From positions 57,226,001-57,290,000 of the forward strand of contig OZ249436.1 in the NCBI GenBank assembly GCA_965235115.1: a DNA stretch of 64,000 nt, given 5' to 3'. The translations under genes and the position numbers were made by a program. Under the pieces are notes generated by a model. It did not search any database. It was not told where the DNA came from and saw only the letters and a list, made by a program, of their open reading frames with translations. Source of the DNA: Laetmonice hystrix (Eukaryota). Below are positions 37,401-49,830 of the stretch, one piece after another; position 1 is the stretch's first letter, and the number at the start of each line of letters is the position of its first letter.

Positions 37401-38179
37401 CTCTCAGTGCTGGACACCTGAAGTTTTGTGGAGGCTGACTCACTGGTAGCCAGGCAGTAAGTTGCTAGAAACCTGAGCAGAGAAGAGATATTTTTAGACT
37501 AACACTCTTTCCATTATTACTATCGTCTTGTGCCCTTCCTCATACGTAGACATGAGATAGGGGGCTAATAGGGCGGCAGGACGAGGGTACGTGGTTGGGC
37601 GCCGCGATTAATTAGGGTCTTCATCATTCACAATAGTCTTAAAGCTTTATTCATTTCTTCTGTCTGAATGAGCATGGATCTTTAAGTGGAAATAGTGATT
37701 TAACAGTATTGTGTCACATACTCATTTTGTTCCTTCATGTTCACAGTACATTTTTAAATCGTGTCACATAGTGTTTTATAACGATGCGGCAATTCCAGGC
37801 ACGGAAAAACTGTTACAGATGAGGTGTTGTGTGCTTTCAGGTCCTTTGCTGAGGCGTTGTTTAAATATTTGTCGAGGTAATAGTAAACACCTTGTAGACA
37901 TAGTAGTCAATAAAAGGTTGTTGTTCACACAGCTTTCTTAAAAACTGTGCTACCTTAACATTTTTAGGATTATAAAACAGGTAAGATAAGTTACATCAGT
38001 GCTTGAAGAAAAGAAGTAGTAAATATTCCGGATGCCTGTAACCAGGTTAAGTAGTCTGTGTAGACTGGTATACAGGTGTGGCACCAGAGATTGGATGATC
38101 ACTGACAAGAACTGAAAATGTGCTATCATTCTTAGGCTCAAGTCTAGGTTTGTTCAAAATTGAATGACTATTGTAAGTA

Positions 38180-38290
38180 GTCAGCTTTCAAGGATGGAAA
38201 GTGTGATTCATGTGCCACTGCCACACATTGCCTGGCCAATGGGTCCAGGATACCTGGGGTCTGTGTCGATAACAAAAAACTCATGGTAGA
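38180..38290 (-). mobile_element. Gypsy integrase zinc-finger relic
   Basis: LARQCVAVAHESHFPSLK, cf. LRxxVLxxAHEGHxGIxK. Confidence 0.5.
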
Positions 38291-38535
38291 AAAACTGTCA
38301 GCTTGCCAAGGAAGCGCACTGTGTGGTGCTGTCGGGGCAATTAAAGGGAACCAATGGCATTTTATGTTCCAACTATTTCCTCTATAGATCCCTGGCTGTT
38401 TGCAAATTCATCTGACGCCAGACACCATCATGTTTGGTAGAATATCCCCTTGTAACCTGTCATATTCATGAAAACCGGTTTCGGAACATCGGAGCCATGC
38501 ATGGTTTCTGTTTGGCAGTAGTGCTTGCGGGGTGC

Positions 38536-38678
38536 GACTAAACACAGAAACCCAGGGAATTGACCAAAACCGACCTTGCAATATACCAACACCGACCTCC
38601 AGATGGCAATGAAGTCCGTCCGTTTCTGTCGATTTTGGTCAGTTTCAGTCAGGTTTTGGTTGGTTTCGGTGTTTAGTC
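38536..38678. mobile_element. MITE, ~143 bp with 17-bp TIRs
   Basis: gactaaacacagaaacc and ggtttcggtgtttagtc match 16/17 as inverted repeats; inner tgaccaaaa/ttttggtca pair. Confidence 0.7.
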
Positions 38679-39187
38679 AAGCAGCACGCAGCACACCGTT
38701 CCACTGACTGACGTCATGTCTCGGCTGTACGGAGGTCGCCATGTTGGGGGGTGGGTGGCTAGGTCCGGATCAGTGGCCCGGATGTAGACAACAGCAAACT
38801 GAAAGTCCCACGGTGCAGCCGTGCCGAAAATAGAAAACTCCACACTTAATTAGCCTGTGTGGGACTTTACAGAGTTTTACAGGATATCTGGTTTGCTTGC
38901 AGGTGAAAAAGAGACTGTTTTTCCTCTACAGTAGAAAATTCGAGAAGGATAGGTATGTTGAGAAATTAGATTTGAACTATGTGCCTGTGCGTAGGGGGAA
39001 ATTCGACTATTTACTGCTCATCTCTACATCCGCGATGCCGCTTTACACGACTTTGCGCAAATCCTGGGGAAATGGCCGCTTCACACATCTGAGCCTGAGG
39101 TTCGCCTCCGGATATGACCTAGAAACAGCCAATCAAAAGCAGCGTCGGTGTTCCGAGTGGTCAAGCGGGTGCTCGAGGGTAGGAATG

Positions 39188-39330
39188 TCAACAAGCCGGG
39201 GTAAAATGCGATCGCATTTTTCACCGTCCAAGCGAAGAGTGGCACGTTTGCTCCTCCAATTGCGCTATTATTAGAAGTAATCCGACACATAATAAGGTCG
39301 ATCATTGTAATATTATATATTTCTGTGCAG
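39188..39330 (-). repeat. Dispersed repeat, copy B, with an 18-bp perfect palindrome
   Basis: Homologous to 11180-11325; AAAATGCGATCGCATTTT at 39203-39220. Confidence 0.85.
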
Positions 39331-39339
39331 GCAGGACAG

Positions 39340-39530
39340 GTTCTCTTTGGAAGAGTTGATGCAATTGGATCCCTTTAATACGAGAACCTGTGGAGAGTTC
39401 TCTGACCGAAATTTGGAGGGCTGAAAGGTTATGCTGGTGAAACACGTGAATTATATGATCATGACCCTGCTGTCGTTGGTTAAAACCTTTTCTGAAAAGA
39501 TATCATACAGTTGTCGGCTTTGTACGCGTG
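39340..39530 (-). mobile_element. CR1-like LINE RT relic
   Basis: ADNCMI (cf. FADDCxI), then ITFQPSK (cf. VTFEPSKC). Confidence 0.5.
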
Positions 39531-39619
39531 CGTGCAGCTACTGTACTTTGCCCTCTAGAACGACATACTCCAAGCTTTAGAGGGAAAAACGTACAGCCCG
39601 ACACACAAAAACAGTCATT

Positions 39620-39900
39620 TGTCGCCATCTATATTGTCGAGTGCGATTTCCAGTCACGTATCGACGTGTCTACCCGAATATAATAGTCCATACATCTGGA
39701 ACAGTCTGGGGTCAGTGGTTTGGTTAGGCAGTATTAAATGTGTCTTACGTTCAGGGGTGAACTTCACTTGTCAAGTTGTCGCAGAGACTGTAAGACACCA
39801 AGTTCTGGTTTGAACATATACAATAGAGTCCCCCAATAGTATAGCGTGTCAAAAGTCTGTGACACCGCCCGCACACCGTATTTACTGTCGACATCAGAGT
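39620..39900 (-). mobile_element. LINE RT relic
   Basis: AVSQTFDTLYYWGTLL, cf. DLSKAFDTVxHxILL. Confidence 0.45.
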
Positions 39901-40055
39901 GCTCTGACTCACCAGAGAAGGAGAAAACGGCCCATTGAGTAAGAAATTGGCCGATCAAGTGATATATTGTTCAGGCACAATTTATAGCTTTCAGCCAAAT
40001 TCACGGTACCGTATATCTCTCCGAAGACGTTAAGTTGATAAGGTCTCAAGGCTTA

Positions 40056-40265
40056 TCATTCCCTGCACAGCTTCCACTGGGGAGGAAAGCGACTAATTAA
40101 AACTCTGAACACATGCTGTGGGAATAGCTTGTTAAAGGGTCCAGCTCTGATGAGACTTCGTTGTGGATGGTGTGCCGTCATTGGAGGGTTGATGATTGCC
40201 TTGTGTATAGTCTGTCGTGATGGACACTGCCAGCTGATACCTCGAAACTTTCCCTGGTACATCAT
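40056..40265 (-). mobile_element. Gypsy integrase core relic
   Basis: TAHHPQRSLIRAGPFNKLF, cf. TAYHPQxNGxxERFNxTL. Confidence 0.55.
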
Positions 40266-41299
40266 GTCGAGATGGGGACAGCGTGGGAAGTAACGGGTCG
40301 AAAAGGTGGACTATAGTGGTATGTGTGAGCCTCTAAAATAAAAGCAGACACAATCTTTAAAAAACAGCACAAGTGTTGGGTAAATCTGTATCATATGGTA
40401 AAACGTTTAGTGCAAGCAAGATAAATTGTCACCTCATTACCAGCAACGCCGGGGACCGACTGTAAGTTCTTGAAAATCATTCGCCAAAAAGATAGACTAG
40501 AAACGAAACGGGATTTTCGAACAGAACTACTACATACACTAGGCTCTTTTAGGTCAGTCTAATATAGAAGTGAGAAACTAAGACAAAATTGTGATTTAGC
40601 AGTGAGTAAAACAGATCCGTGATGATATTATATATGTCAGGACAAACCGTTTGACGGGGAGCCTTGGAGCTACACTGGCTTACTGGGCACATCCCCAACA
40701 ATACTTAGGTCTGCCTGTTATAGTCTGACCTATGACCTGACAGGTCAAATTAAGGCCACTATAACATGACGGGCGGACGGTTGCTGCCATCCTAACCGGA
40801 GGTCAGGCTCAAAAACGAGCACAGCGTGTCACTCTGGCGGTGTTGTTAAAGAATAGCAAATCGGTATATATGTCAGATAAAGTCATGATGCTGATGGGAC
40901 AGTCTGAGAGGGGTAAATGATTTGTACCAGGGACTCTGCTTTTTTTTCTCAGTGTCGCATCATTGTGTGTACCAAGGGTCGAAAGTCATCTTTTGATATC
41001 CATCACTTTCATCTCGTTGAAGCATCAGTCACTTAAATCAAACAGTTTGACAGTGTACCGTATTAGGGAGACAGGTGGAATTCGTGGGATTATAGTACGG
41101 AGTTGGTTCTCCCTGCTGAGTACAATGAAGGGACTATGTTATCCGTCTGTCATATTTGGCCGACATTCATAGAGAGCCTTGTTTGTTGAGTCGGTGTGCT
41201 AGCATGCCGGCGAGGGGATGCAGTTAGCAATCATGCCTTCACAGAGCATACACCGAGCAAACACTACCAGTGGTTAGCATGTCAGTAGGTCTGATACCT

Positions 41300-41490
41300 C
41301 CGCCCCTGCACGGAGTCAGTTGGCGGGACCACTGACTGCTGCCAGTCCCGAGTTGGTGAGTCGTCCCCACGCACAGACGACCGGTGGCTCAGTGGTAAGG
41401 GAGGCTACCTGTGGATACCATCTCCCCCAGCCACTCCCCTCAGGGTACCTGGTAAGTACCGGACAAAAATCGCCTTACCGGTCTGGGTAG
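41300..41490 (-). mobile_element. Gypsy integrase core relic
   Basis: DFCPVLTRYPEG, cf. VDYxTRYPEA. Confidence 0.4.
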
Positions 41491-41542
41491 GACTCGGACT
41501 GTGATTATTGTAAACCCCTAGAAAGGATATTGTACAAGGGGA

Positions 41543-41760
41543 TCAATGTATGGCGTCAGGTGTTGCCTGGCGTGAGCTGCCTCCTAAACTTTTGCCACTG
41601 CTGGGAGGCCTATAAGATTTCCAGTGAGTGTCCCACTGTAGAAGCCTCAAGGAGTCAGTGTCGCTAGATAACGTGCGGCAGGTGATGTAGTTTTTTCTAT
41701 GCCCTAGTTGTCGACCAATCAGGGGGAAAACAGCAGGAAAAAAGTTTTTCTCTGACTTTG
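41543..41760 (-). mobile_element. Gypsy RNase H relic
   Basis: GRQLGHRKNYIT, cf. SRKLxxxEKNYST. Confidence 0.4.
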
Positions 41761-42269
41761 AATCGCGGATATTTATTTGATGACAAAAAGGCGCCAAGTC
41801 GTATGTCAGTGACCGGTGACGCTGCTTCATATTATTGATAATTATAAGTGAGGCGTTATAGGAAAGCCGGTGTTGCAGATGGAGAGAGGGGTTAACATGC
41901 GAGGCCGGCTAAAGTGAATATTGAGGAGAAATGAGATTATTAAAGCACCTGCGTCATAGAAAGCTGCAGTGATATTCTGGTCCAAGCTGGCAGAGCAGAT
42001 TAGATTACTCATATTGTATGGCGTCTCTCGTCTCCAACATACTTCATACCATTTATGGTGGTTGAATTTGATGGCAGCTTGCATTAAATATGTTTTATTG
42101 GATGTATTGGAGTGTTTGTATGAGTGAAAAAGAAAGTGTGAATTTTGTTCCGTAAAAACATCCATTATTTTCAATGCATACATGGGTCACTAATAAACGT
42201 GGTATTTTTTATGGGAAACAGGATATAGACTTATCTTAGAGACTTCAAGCTGTAAGGCAGTGCGATTTA

Positions 42270-42560
42270 TAGAGTAGCTCCCGCCCCCACAGGCGTGAAG
42301 GTTAGACCTGGATCAAGGTCTATTCCGGAGACACCGCGCCGAGAGCAGTTGTTTTATAGTGCATACCGGCACAGAATGATTCACCGGTGGACACCCAGAG
42401 TGGGTCCAGGACCACCGAGTCCTGATATCATATGTACACGACCCAATACTCCAGTGTCATTCACTGTGCCCAAATGTTACTGTCACCCAAATCTGGGTCA
42501 CTGATTTGATCATTGGAAACAGCTAGCACAGCGTGTGCAGGAGTTTGCCAACCTGTTGTG
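42270..42560 (-). mobile_element. BEL/Pao integrase relic
   Basis: SRRGVSGIDLDPGLTF...VGA, cf. ARRGxPxxIxSDNGTNFxGA; upstream VSTGESF, cf. LSTDSF. Confidence 0.5.
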
Positions 42561-43478
42561 AATCAAGGATGCTGCCGTAGTCCGGATCCTGACCCGCCAT
42601 TGGTACCGGTTACCACAAATATGTACCGCCGCCACGGTTTAAACGCCTATAGGCAAGAAATGATCAGAACTCTTATAGATTTATCTAATGCCCATCAATA
42701 TTGTAGAATATTGTTCTTATATTAAAAAATAAGGGGCGTCTTAGGAAACATTAAGAAACGCCCAACACATTCCAGTGTAGTAAGTCAGCGGTTGTGGTCA
42801 AAGTGCGAGAGTATCTGTCTCGAGACATTCCGAGACAAACGCCACAGTTTAGGAAGGAACGGTTTGAAGATTTAGCTCAGTGATATCTTGACAATGTACA
42901 TGTACATAAATGGATCGGCCGTTTATTTTTGCAGTTAGGTTTCAGGAAGGTTCTTGTTCACACAAAGATAAGCACTTTTTCCCATTTATTCTGGCAATAA
43001 TATCAAAGCTCGGATCACCTGATAGTATCTTATACAGATTAAATCGAGCGTTTTTAATGTGGCAGTATAAGTGAAAAGATAATTAAAAATCCTAAGTCGT
43101 AGTGGTATTCGTCCAGGCTATCATAGATCATTTGTCAGTTATTTCCGAGTCTAATTAATGCTTGCCTCAAAACCATAATCAATAGCTGTTTCGTTGATGT
43201 TACCAACGAGTCGTTGATGTTACACAACATAACATATTCCCCGGGCCTCATTGGAAGTATTGGTCCTGTCGCCTCCTACAACAATTGTTTAAACTGGAAG
43301 AAAGTGAGAACTTTCATCACCAATCAACCAAATCCACCTTACGCCGGGTAATGTGACTCAAGCCGATCGCAATGATAATTCACGAACGACGCCAATATCC
43401 ATGAGATTTGTGAAATGTATGTCATTTGTTGAGTGCCTTTTGTAATAATCTCAACCCCATATACCGTGTCCTACGATT

Positions 43479-43760
43479 TCAGCCAGCTGGTAGACTCATG
43501 ACACGGTGGATATTCAGAGAGATATTTGTGATCCTGCCATCACACAATTGTCCGTGATAGAAAGATTTATGAGGAGGATGATCGTCGGCGAGTGTCACGT
43601 AAAGTAGGTCTTGATGCCGGACGCCTGAGTGGGATCGACATGTAAACATGTTTGTAGGTGGGCGGCCGGACACGGTCTGATTCCCTGCCGGCCGGTCTGC
43701 AGGCCACAGGCGGTCGTTCAGGGTCCTCACTACAACTTGGCTGACAACTACAACACACTG
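43479..43760 (-). mobile_element. Gypsy RNase H relic
   Basis: EDPERPPVA (cf. ERPIA) and GVRHQDLLYVTLADDHPP (cf. GVxKFHQYLYGxxFTLxTDHKPL). Confidence 0.55.
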
Positions 43761-45069
43761 ACAGACTGAAGGTTATGGTCAAACATGACCTACATCGAAC
43801 AAATCCAATAGTATTTTTAGGCAGAGCTAGTGTGCACTGGTTTACCTTTTTTCTGGGTTGAAAAAGCCCCATTGCATTAGGATCTTCATGTACCAGTAGG
43901 ATACATATGTTTTTAATTAATTGTAAATGTAGTTTCATATTTCTGTCCGGCAGTGATGAGCCTCTCTATGAGATCAATTTATTCTGTAGGAGATAAAACG
44001 GTTGAGAAAGTTTAGGCCAACTTTCTACGAGTGAACGTCCTAGGTCACCGCGGTAATCCCGATATCAGGGCACCAGGGATAACCAATAGGCAATACAAAA
44101 CAGATTTGTTTGAAATCTATTTCGAAGACTATGTCCCATTTAGCATTATTATCTTATTTGGCCTTTCTCTCCTATCAGTAGCTCTTTAAAATATACGAAA
44201 GATCCGCAAACATCAATGTTAACCCATCACATTGAAAGTCGCCCTCGAAATAACCTCTCTAAAGCACCAGTAGAATATTTCTAAATATGGAATTATTTAG
44301 AGACGCCCCAGACACCCTAAAATGACATAATATTGCGATCTAGACTCACCGAAATTGAATTTTGTCCTCCTGCCCTCTTCTCTTTATATAGGCGTAGCTT
44401 TCGGAATATGACAAGAGTAGCTTACAGATATATTTGGTCCAATCAAATGTGTCGTTTGATCTTATAGCCACGAGCTCTTTGGATCAGGTAACAACAAAAG
44501 GAGTGGCGGTTGCCTGAAGTCAGTAAAATGTTGTCTTGCAGTCTATTACAGGATTCCCAGGGTCTGTGATTATTAGGCCAGTTAGCAGCTGGTGGGAGGA
44601 TGAATCAGAACGACGTGGTAAATAACGAACATGTAGATGGTCTTCGCTGAAATGATTTGTTTTGTTCCAAGTGACCTCTCTTCAACTGCCTCTAGTCAGA
44701 CTCCCATCGTTGTATATGTTAGCATTGTTCTCCAACCACGTCAGCAGATGAAAGATGTGTAAGATTAGAAATTGGACCATTTTGTGATAATGGGGCCTGG
44801 TAACCTTGTAGGCTCACCTTCCTAGTTAAATAAAAAAGAAATTTGAACAAATATGAGTTTCGGGCACTCAATGGTGATGTTTGTTTTTAGAATCGTAACT
44901 GTTTCTCAGTTTTGAGGCTAATGATACTATGATTTAGCATGATCTACTCGGGTGTTTGCATACTGGTAAAAGCGTCAAAATCAGAGACTGCTGAGAGTGA
45001 TACCAGCTAGAGAGGAATTCGTACTGGGATAGAAGTGATGTTGGGATGATTTTCACAAAAGTGAATTAG

Positions 45070-45200
45070 ATGGCCAGAGGGAACCCCAGCTCAGCCTTTG
45101 CCCTGATGGATGGAACGGAGGTTAGCCTGTGCCTGCCAGGAGGAAGGCAGGTCTTTGTGCCGAGGTTGGCACAATCCAGGGACAGGCTTGCTGGAGGCAG
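45070..45200 (-). mobile_element. Gypsy integrase zinc-finger relic
   Basis: LPSSWQAQANLRSIHQG, cf. IPxSLxxxILxxIHxGH. Confidence 0.4.
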
Positions 45201-45639
45201 TCAGATTGTTGACCTTCTTCACAATGGTGGCCCAGGACTACCCCTGACATATAATAGTGCAATCTTCAACATGACAGGGCATGCAAATCGGGGACCAGAT
45301 CAGAATTCATTATGACGCTGTTGATATCAAATGTGGTACAGCAGTTAGCTAAGATACACGCTCAGAAGTAACATGCAGGTCTCGCCAACTTGCCGTACCA
45401 CTGTTCCACTTATAAATTAGGCCGTTTAGAATCCACTGTATGGCTGGATCGAGTTAGTCTACTGTTAATAGAATTAAACTTATCAATGCTAATGATGACC
45501 CAGAGTCAGCACATTTACTTTTCTAACTCATTATTCTAGATGTGAGTACCGATCAGAACCGATCTGTTCTTGAACGTAGGCAATTCTTAGTAAAGGTCCC
45601 ATGTGGTGAGTAGAGATCTGTGTTCTGGCTTCAGGCAAC

Positions 45640-45880
45640 AGTAAAAGACTGTTGACGGAGGTCAGCATCAAGAACAGTAAACGTCTCTCCGTTGTGTTTA
45701 TGTCGTTGGTAAAGGTTTTTGCTGACCGCCGTACTGTTTGAAGTCCAGCCTACCCCAATACGAGCACTGGTCTGTAGGCCGACGTAAAACCTTTCAATAT
45801 AAAACCAACAGGAAATGCTGCAGTAAGGATTTTGTGCGCTGTCCATGGCTTTTATCAAGGGTTCAGTGTTCCTGACATTC
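45640..45880 (-). mobile_element. LINE RT N-terminal relic
   Basis: SAYRPVLVL...SAKTF, cf. SNYRPVSVL...SKxF. Confidence 0.45.
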
Positions 45881-46089
45881 AACCATATATTCATTCCGTT
45901 TATCTTGGCTCGAATAAACGATCATGCCATCATATATGGCCAGAACTCTGTTGTTTAGTTTCGTGATTGATAACATACGTTCTTTTAGGTCATCATGCAA
46001 TTAAAATGGCGGTAAAAGCCCAGCCAGTTGTAGGTCTGAGGGTCTTTCTGTAGCCTAGCCCCTTAATGAGGTTCCGTTCGTTGTCAGAG

Positions 46090-46280
46090 TGACGGGAGTT
46101 TTGTTAGTCAACTGCTCTGGTCAGGACCTGGTTCTGTGCACTACGGGAATTGTTCCTCCAGGATTAGGAGATCCTTTCGATGAGAGCCAGGTTGTTTCCC
46201 TCAGACAAGCTTCGTTTGTCATTCCCTGGCTTCTCATCTTTATTCTAGACGGGCGAGTTGTTTGCGCGGCCGGTAAGGGC
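46090..46280 (-). mobile_element. LINE APE relic
   Basis: ACLRETTWLS, cf. IxCLxETWL. Confidence 0.35.
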
Positions 46281-46368
46281 AGTTAGTTGAGTTGTGGGCA
46301 ACGGAAAGGTCTCCTGCGGTTCCGACGACAGACATGGCTGCTCTCAATTTGTCTGTCACTCGCTGCTG

Positions 46369-46710
46369 TCAGTTTGATGGAAGGAGCGAGCTGAAGTCGG
46401 CAAACAAAAGGGGAGTGGCGTGGAGTTGATTGTGCCTATGGCCATAGGCAGTGTCACTATGCGCGTGAAGCTGTGCTATCATGGTACAAATATCGGTGGT
46501 GGCAAGGGCTAGCGACATCGCTGGGACATATTGAACCGATAATCGTATCGTGTGAGCACTGAATGTCGGCGACATTTCGAATTTGTCGTCGACAAAAAGA
46601 AGTCTGACATGCCAGACTCTGCACGACATGAGCGTGTGAGCGACGTCCGATAGTTCGCGTGCGAATGTCAAGAAGTACGGCAGCCAATCAGGGGTGCCAG
46701 TGTGAGTCAC
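46369..46710 (-). mobile_element. Gypsy integrase C-terminal relic
   Basis: DWLPYFLTFAREL, cf. WLPYLLFAYREV. Confidence 0.5.
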
Positions 46711-46929
46711 GTGATGAAGAAGACATGACTTTGCAAAATGACTGAATTGTGGAACTGGACTACAGAGCTTGAAGAGCTATCCTCTTCCTCTCTCTGTTCC
46801 CTCGTCAGGGTGTCATAATTAGGCCCCCAACCTTGACCTGTTTCAACCAGTTCTGGACCCACACTCTATTCGTCTTCTCATTCCACTTCAGCACGAGCCT
46901 AAAAGTATCGTCATTTTCTTTCTCCTTTT

Positions 46930-47080
46930 TTCCCTCTGCATCTTATGTCATTGAAAATCTGCCATTTTCGTGCCAGATCTCCGATCCAAAATGGCCGCTG
47001 TCGCATCGTGTGACCAGTTTTATCGAAAGGTCCTCTATGTGGTTCCTGTATATGATGTATACCTCTGTCTCGAATCATAT
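46930..47080 (-). mobile_element. Gypsy integrase zinc-finger relic
   Basis: HRGPFDKTGHTMRQRPFWIG, cf. HxGxxKTxxxxRQRFFWPG. Confidence 0.55.
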
Positions 47081-47489
47081 GTCATCATATAACTGTTCCA
47101 CTGCCTGCTGCCGAGGATACAGCGTAATTCCAAAGTAGGAAACCACGTCTGTTCCAAGTTCTGTCTGGAGCGACGTCACGATATTAATAACACAATTTGT
47201 TAAATATATATACCGTATTTGATTAAGTGGCAAAGATGACGTCAGTCAGAGGTGACTGATACTCGTATGGCAAATGACATTTTCTCCTCCTACAGCTTGT
47301 ATTCTAAAAAGGTTTGCAGATGAAAATGTTTGGAATGATATTATTATTATAAGTAACGTTATATGGACTCCGTTGGTGACTGTTGTACGTGATTACTCTC
47401 AAGAAGGCTGAGAGGGGCCATGTCGATAGGAAGACCTGCCATTGTCTGATAATGTAATGGTTTGTAGATAGAGACCCGCGTCAGATGGC

Positions 47490-47700
47490 TTGCTATTATC
47501 AGCTACTGGTTCTCCTTCCTGGAAAGTGCAGGTTGATATGGAATTCTCCGGAGAAGGAAATAAGAATCCGCATGTTGAACCTAGCTATAAACGGTACAGT
47601 CAGTTATGGATGTTGGTCTCTGTCTCTACGGCTTTCTGTCAATCTAGTGTTTTTCGATCAATAAGCAGTATTTTTCGAGACCTACCCATTACGCTTGCCA
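47490..47700 (-). mobile_element. LINE APE relic
   Basis: ILISFSGEFHINL, cf. IIxGDFNINL. Confidence 0.4.
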
Positions 47701-48699
47701 TAGACGTCATTTTCCATGGGGCGTTTTTTAAGTATGGTCTTGAGAGAATCTAGCGAGGTTTTGGGGCGGGGGCAGCTGTTAAAATTCTTACTTAATTTTA
47801 CTTCAGTCGTGGTGTACGTTCACCGAAGACCTGGAAACGGGATTTACTAAACATATTTACGAAACATATGAATGTCAGGTCAGACTTGAGCCCATCGCGT
47901 CCAGTGACTGGATTTCTCTGTCAACAGTATCGTCCAGAATGACACGATTTAAGACTGTGTACATATTCAAGAGAGGTTCACGTGGGATTTAACTTGCAAC
48001 TTTGGTGCTCAAAATTAGTAATGACCTCCTGCATGTTCTATTTTGTCAATCAATATTTACATAATGTAATTTCTTTCAGATAATGAGGAAACAATATAAT
48101 TGAGAACTCGTACTCGATCGATCTCTAAGTTCAGTAGTGCCAATACCTCCATACGACAAGAGTTAATCATGCTCATAGAAAATCAAAACAGTTATGGAAG
48201 CTATTTAATATACAAAACAGTCTTGCGGCACAAAACAGGCCAGCAAGAGCAAGAGAGAAACAGTAATTTCACTTGAGCCTCGGACATACTGTACTGGATG
48301 AGGTACTGTTGCTATGCATTTGTATAAATGTGGGTGTGGTTGTATTGAGCGCAATTAGCCTGTACTGAAGGACCAAGCAAGGGGGTCCTGTTAGGGTTTT
48401 TTTTTTTTTTTTGGGGGGGGGGGGGGCAGCAGAAGGTCCTAAAGAGGAGAAGGGAAGGAGAAATGTAGGCTGATGCTCGCAGACTCTGGACTCTAGGGTG
48501 ATGCATCACTGTCAAGAGGAGCCGGGGGGGATCGACTTGAGGGGCTCGGCGCCGGGCCATGGCGAGCAGGCAGTGTTGGGCTGTCACTGGTGGCCTCCAC
48601 CATGTTTCCTGTATCCGATACTACCAGAAACAGCCCCTGTCTGATTGCTGCACGGGGACCACCGACCCGCCTGCTGTATTCACTGCACGAATATGTGAG

Positions 48700-48820
48700 G
48701 CATTCAGTCGGTTGGTTCCAGCAACGGCAAGGCATTGTTCCGGACACTGCTGCAGTTATTTCAGATACCTATCAGCTGAAAGATTAGTTGATGCCCCGAG
48801 GTCCTGGTGCTAACCTTATC
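48700..48820 (-). mobile_element. CR1/L2 LINE C-terminal relic
   Basis: TRTSGHQL...SVRNNALP, cf. TRGHxxKL...RVxxxWNxLP. Confidence 0.4.
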
Positions 48821-48928
48821 TTTTTATAACTTGATCAGTAGTCGTGCGTCGGACGACATTCAGAAACGTTTGATACATGTCCATATCGAGACCTTGTCAA
48901 CCAGTGTTACCATAAAGTGGCAGCAGTG

Positions 48929-49129
48929 TCAGCCACAATTCACTATGTTAAAAACATTGTTAATTTTTCTTGAAGGTCGGTTTCTTTTAATATTAATCCT
49001 GGGAAGTACTTCAAGAAGCATGACAGACTCCCAGGCACGAAAGGAGGCAGAGTTCAAAATTGGAGAAAGACGGGAGTCAATACTCCAAGCGTCATAGGAG
49101 TGTACGAAAGGAGATGTTACTTCCAACAC
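48929..49129 (-). mobile_element. LINE RT C-terminal relic
   Basis: WSIDSRLS, cf. GVxIDSxLSF. Confidence 0.35.
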
Positions 49130-49639
49130 TTGAACACAATTACTTGAACAATGATTCTGAGGGACGTTTCTTTCAGTTATTTTGACAATTATCCTTTAAA
49201 TCAAGCTTTAAATACCTTGGTATGGTTTGGTATGGAAAAATGGCCAGAATGTAGAATGTAGATGCAGTGATCTGACAGTGGTAATGGCGACTTGTGATAA
49301 ACGTAAAACAGGCGATGACTGCATGAATACGATGTCAATTATCTTTACTAAGTTAAAGATATTGTCTGTGGAATTCGCTCTGTCTTTGGATGTATGTAAA
49401 CCTGCTGTCCCCAATATATATATATATATCTGACACAAGTAGATGCGCTGGCCGGAATCGAGACGCCGAGTTGTAACTTTCTGGGAGAGGTCCGAAGGTG
49501 GACCCCCCCCCCCCCCCCCCCCGAGTTGCATGGAACAGTGTCAGTCAGCGGTGGCTGGAATACGGACTGGAATCACATCATAATGATTCTGTCATCAAAT
49601 GTCGACCAAACTCCTGATTCTTCTGGACACTGACAATGA

Positions 49640-49830
49640 CGATATCTTTCCTAGGAGCGGGAGTGGGTTAAATATTGCACGGACTGACCACTTCCCTGAG
49701 TATTGATGTCCGTTGAAGGTAACAACCAGGGGGTGGAATCAGTGGCAGCAGGCAGGTCATTGACCACTTCATCTACATGACAGACCACATCCATCAGGCT
49801 CCAGCTTGGCAGTCGGCGTCTGACCTTTGC
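49640..49830 (-). mobile_element. LINE RT relic
   Basis: VNDLPAATDST, cf. YINDLP preceding FADD. Confidence 0.4.

Noticed and set aside
41383-41399. tRNA-like 5' end GGTGGCTCAGTGGTAAG (+)
   Set aside because: No downstream B-box or T-arm; lies within an antisense integrase relic
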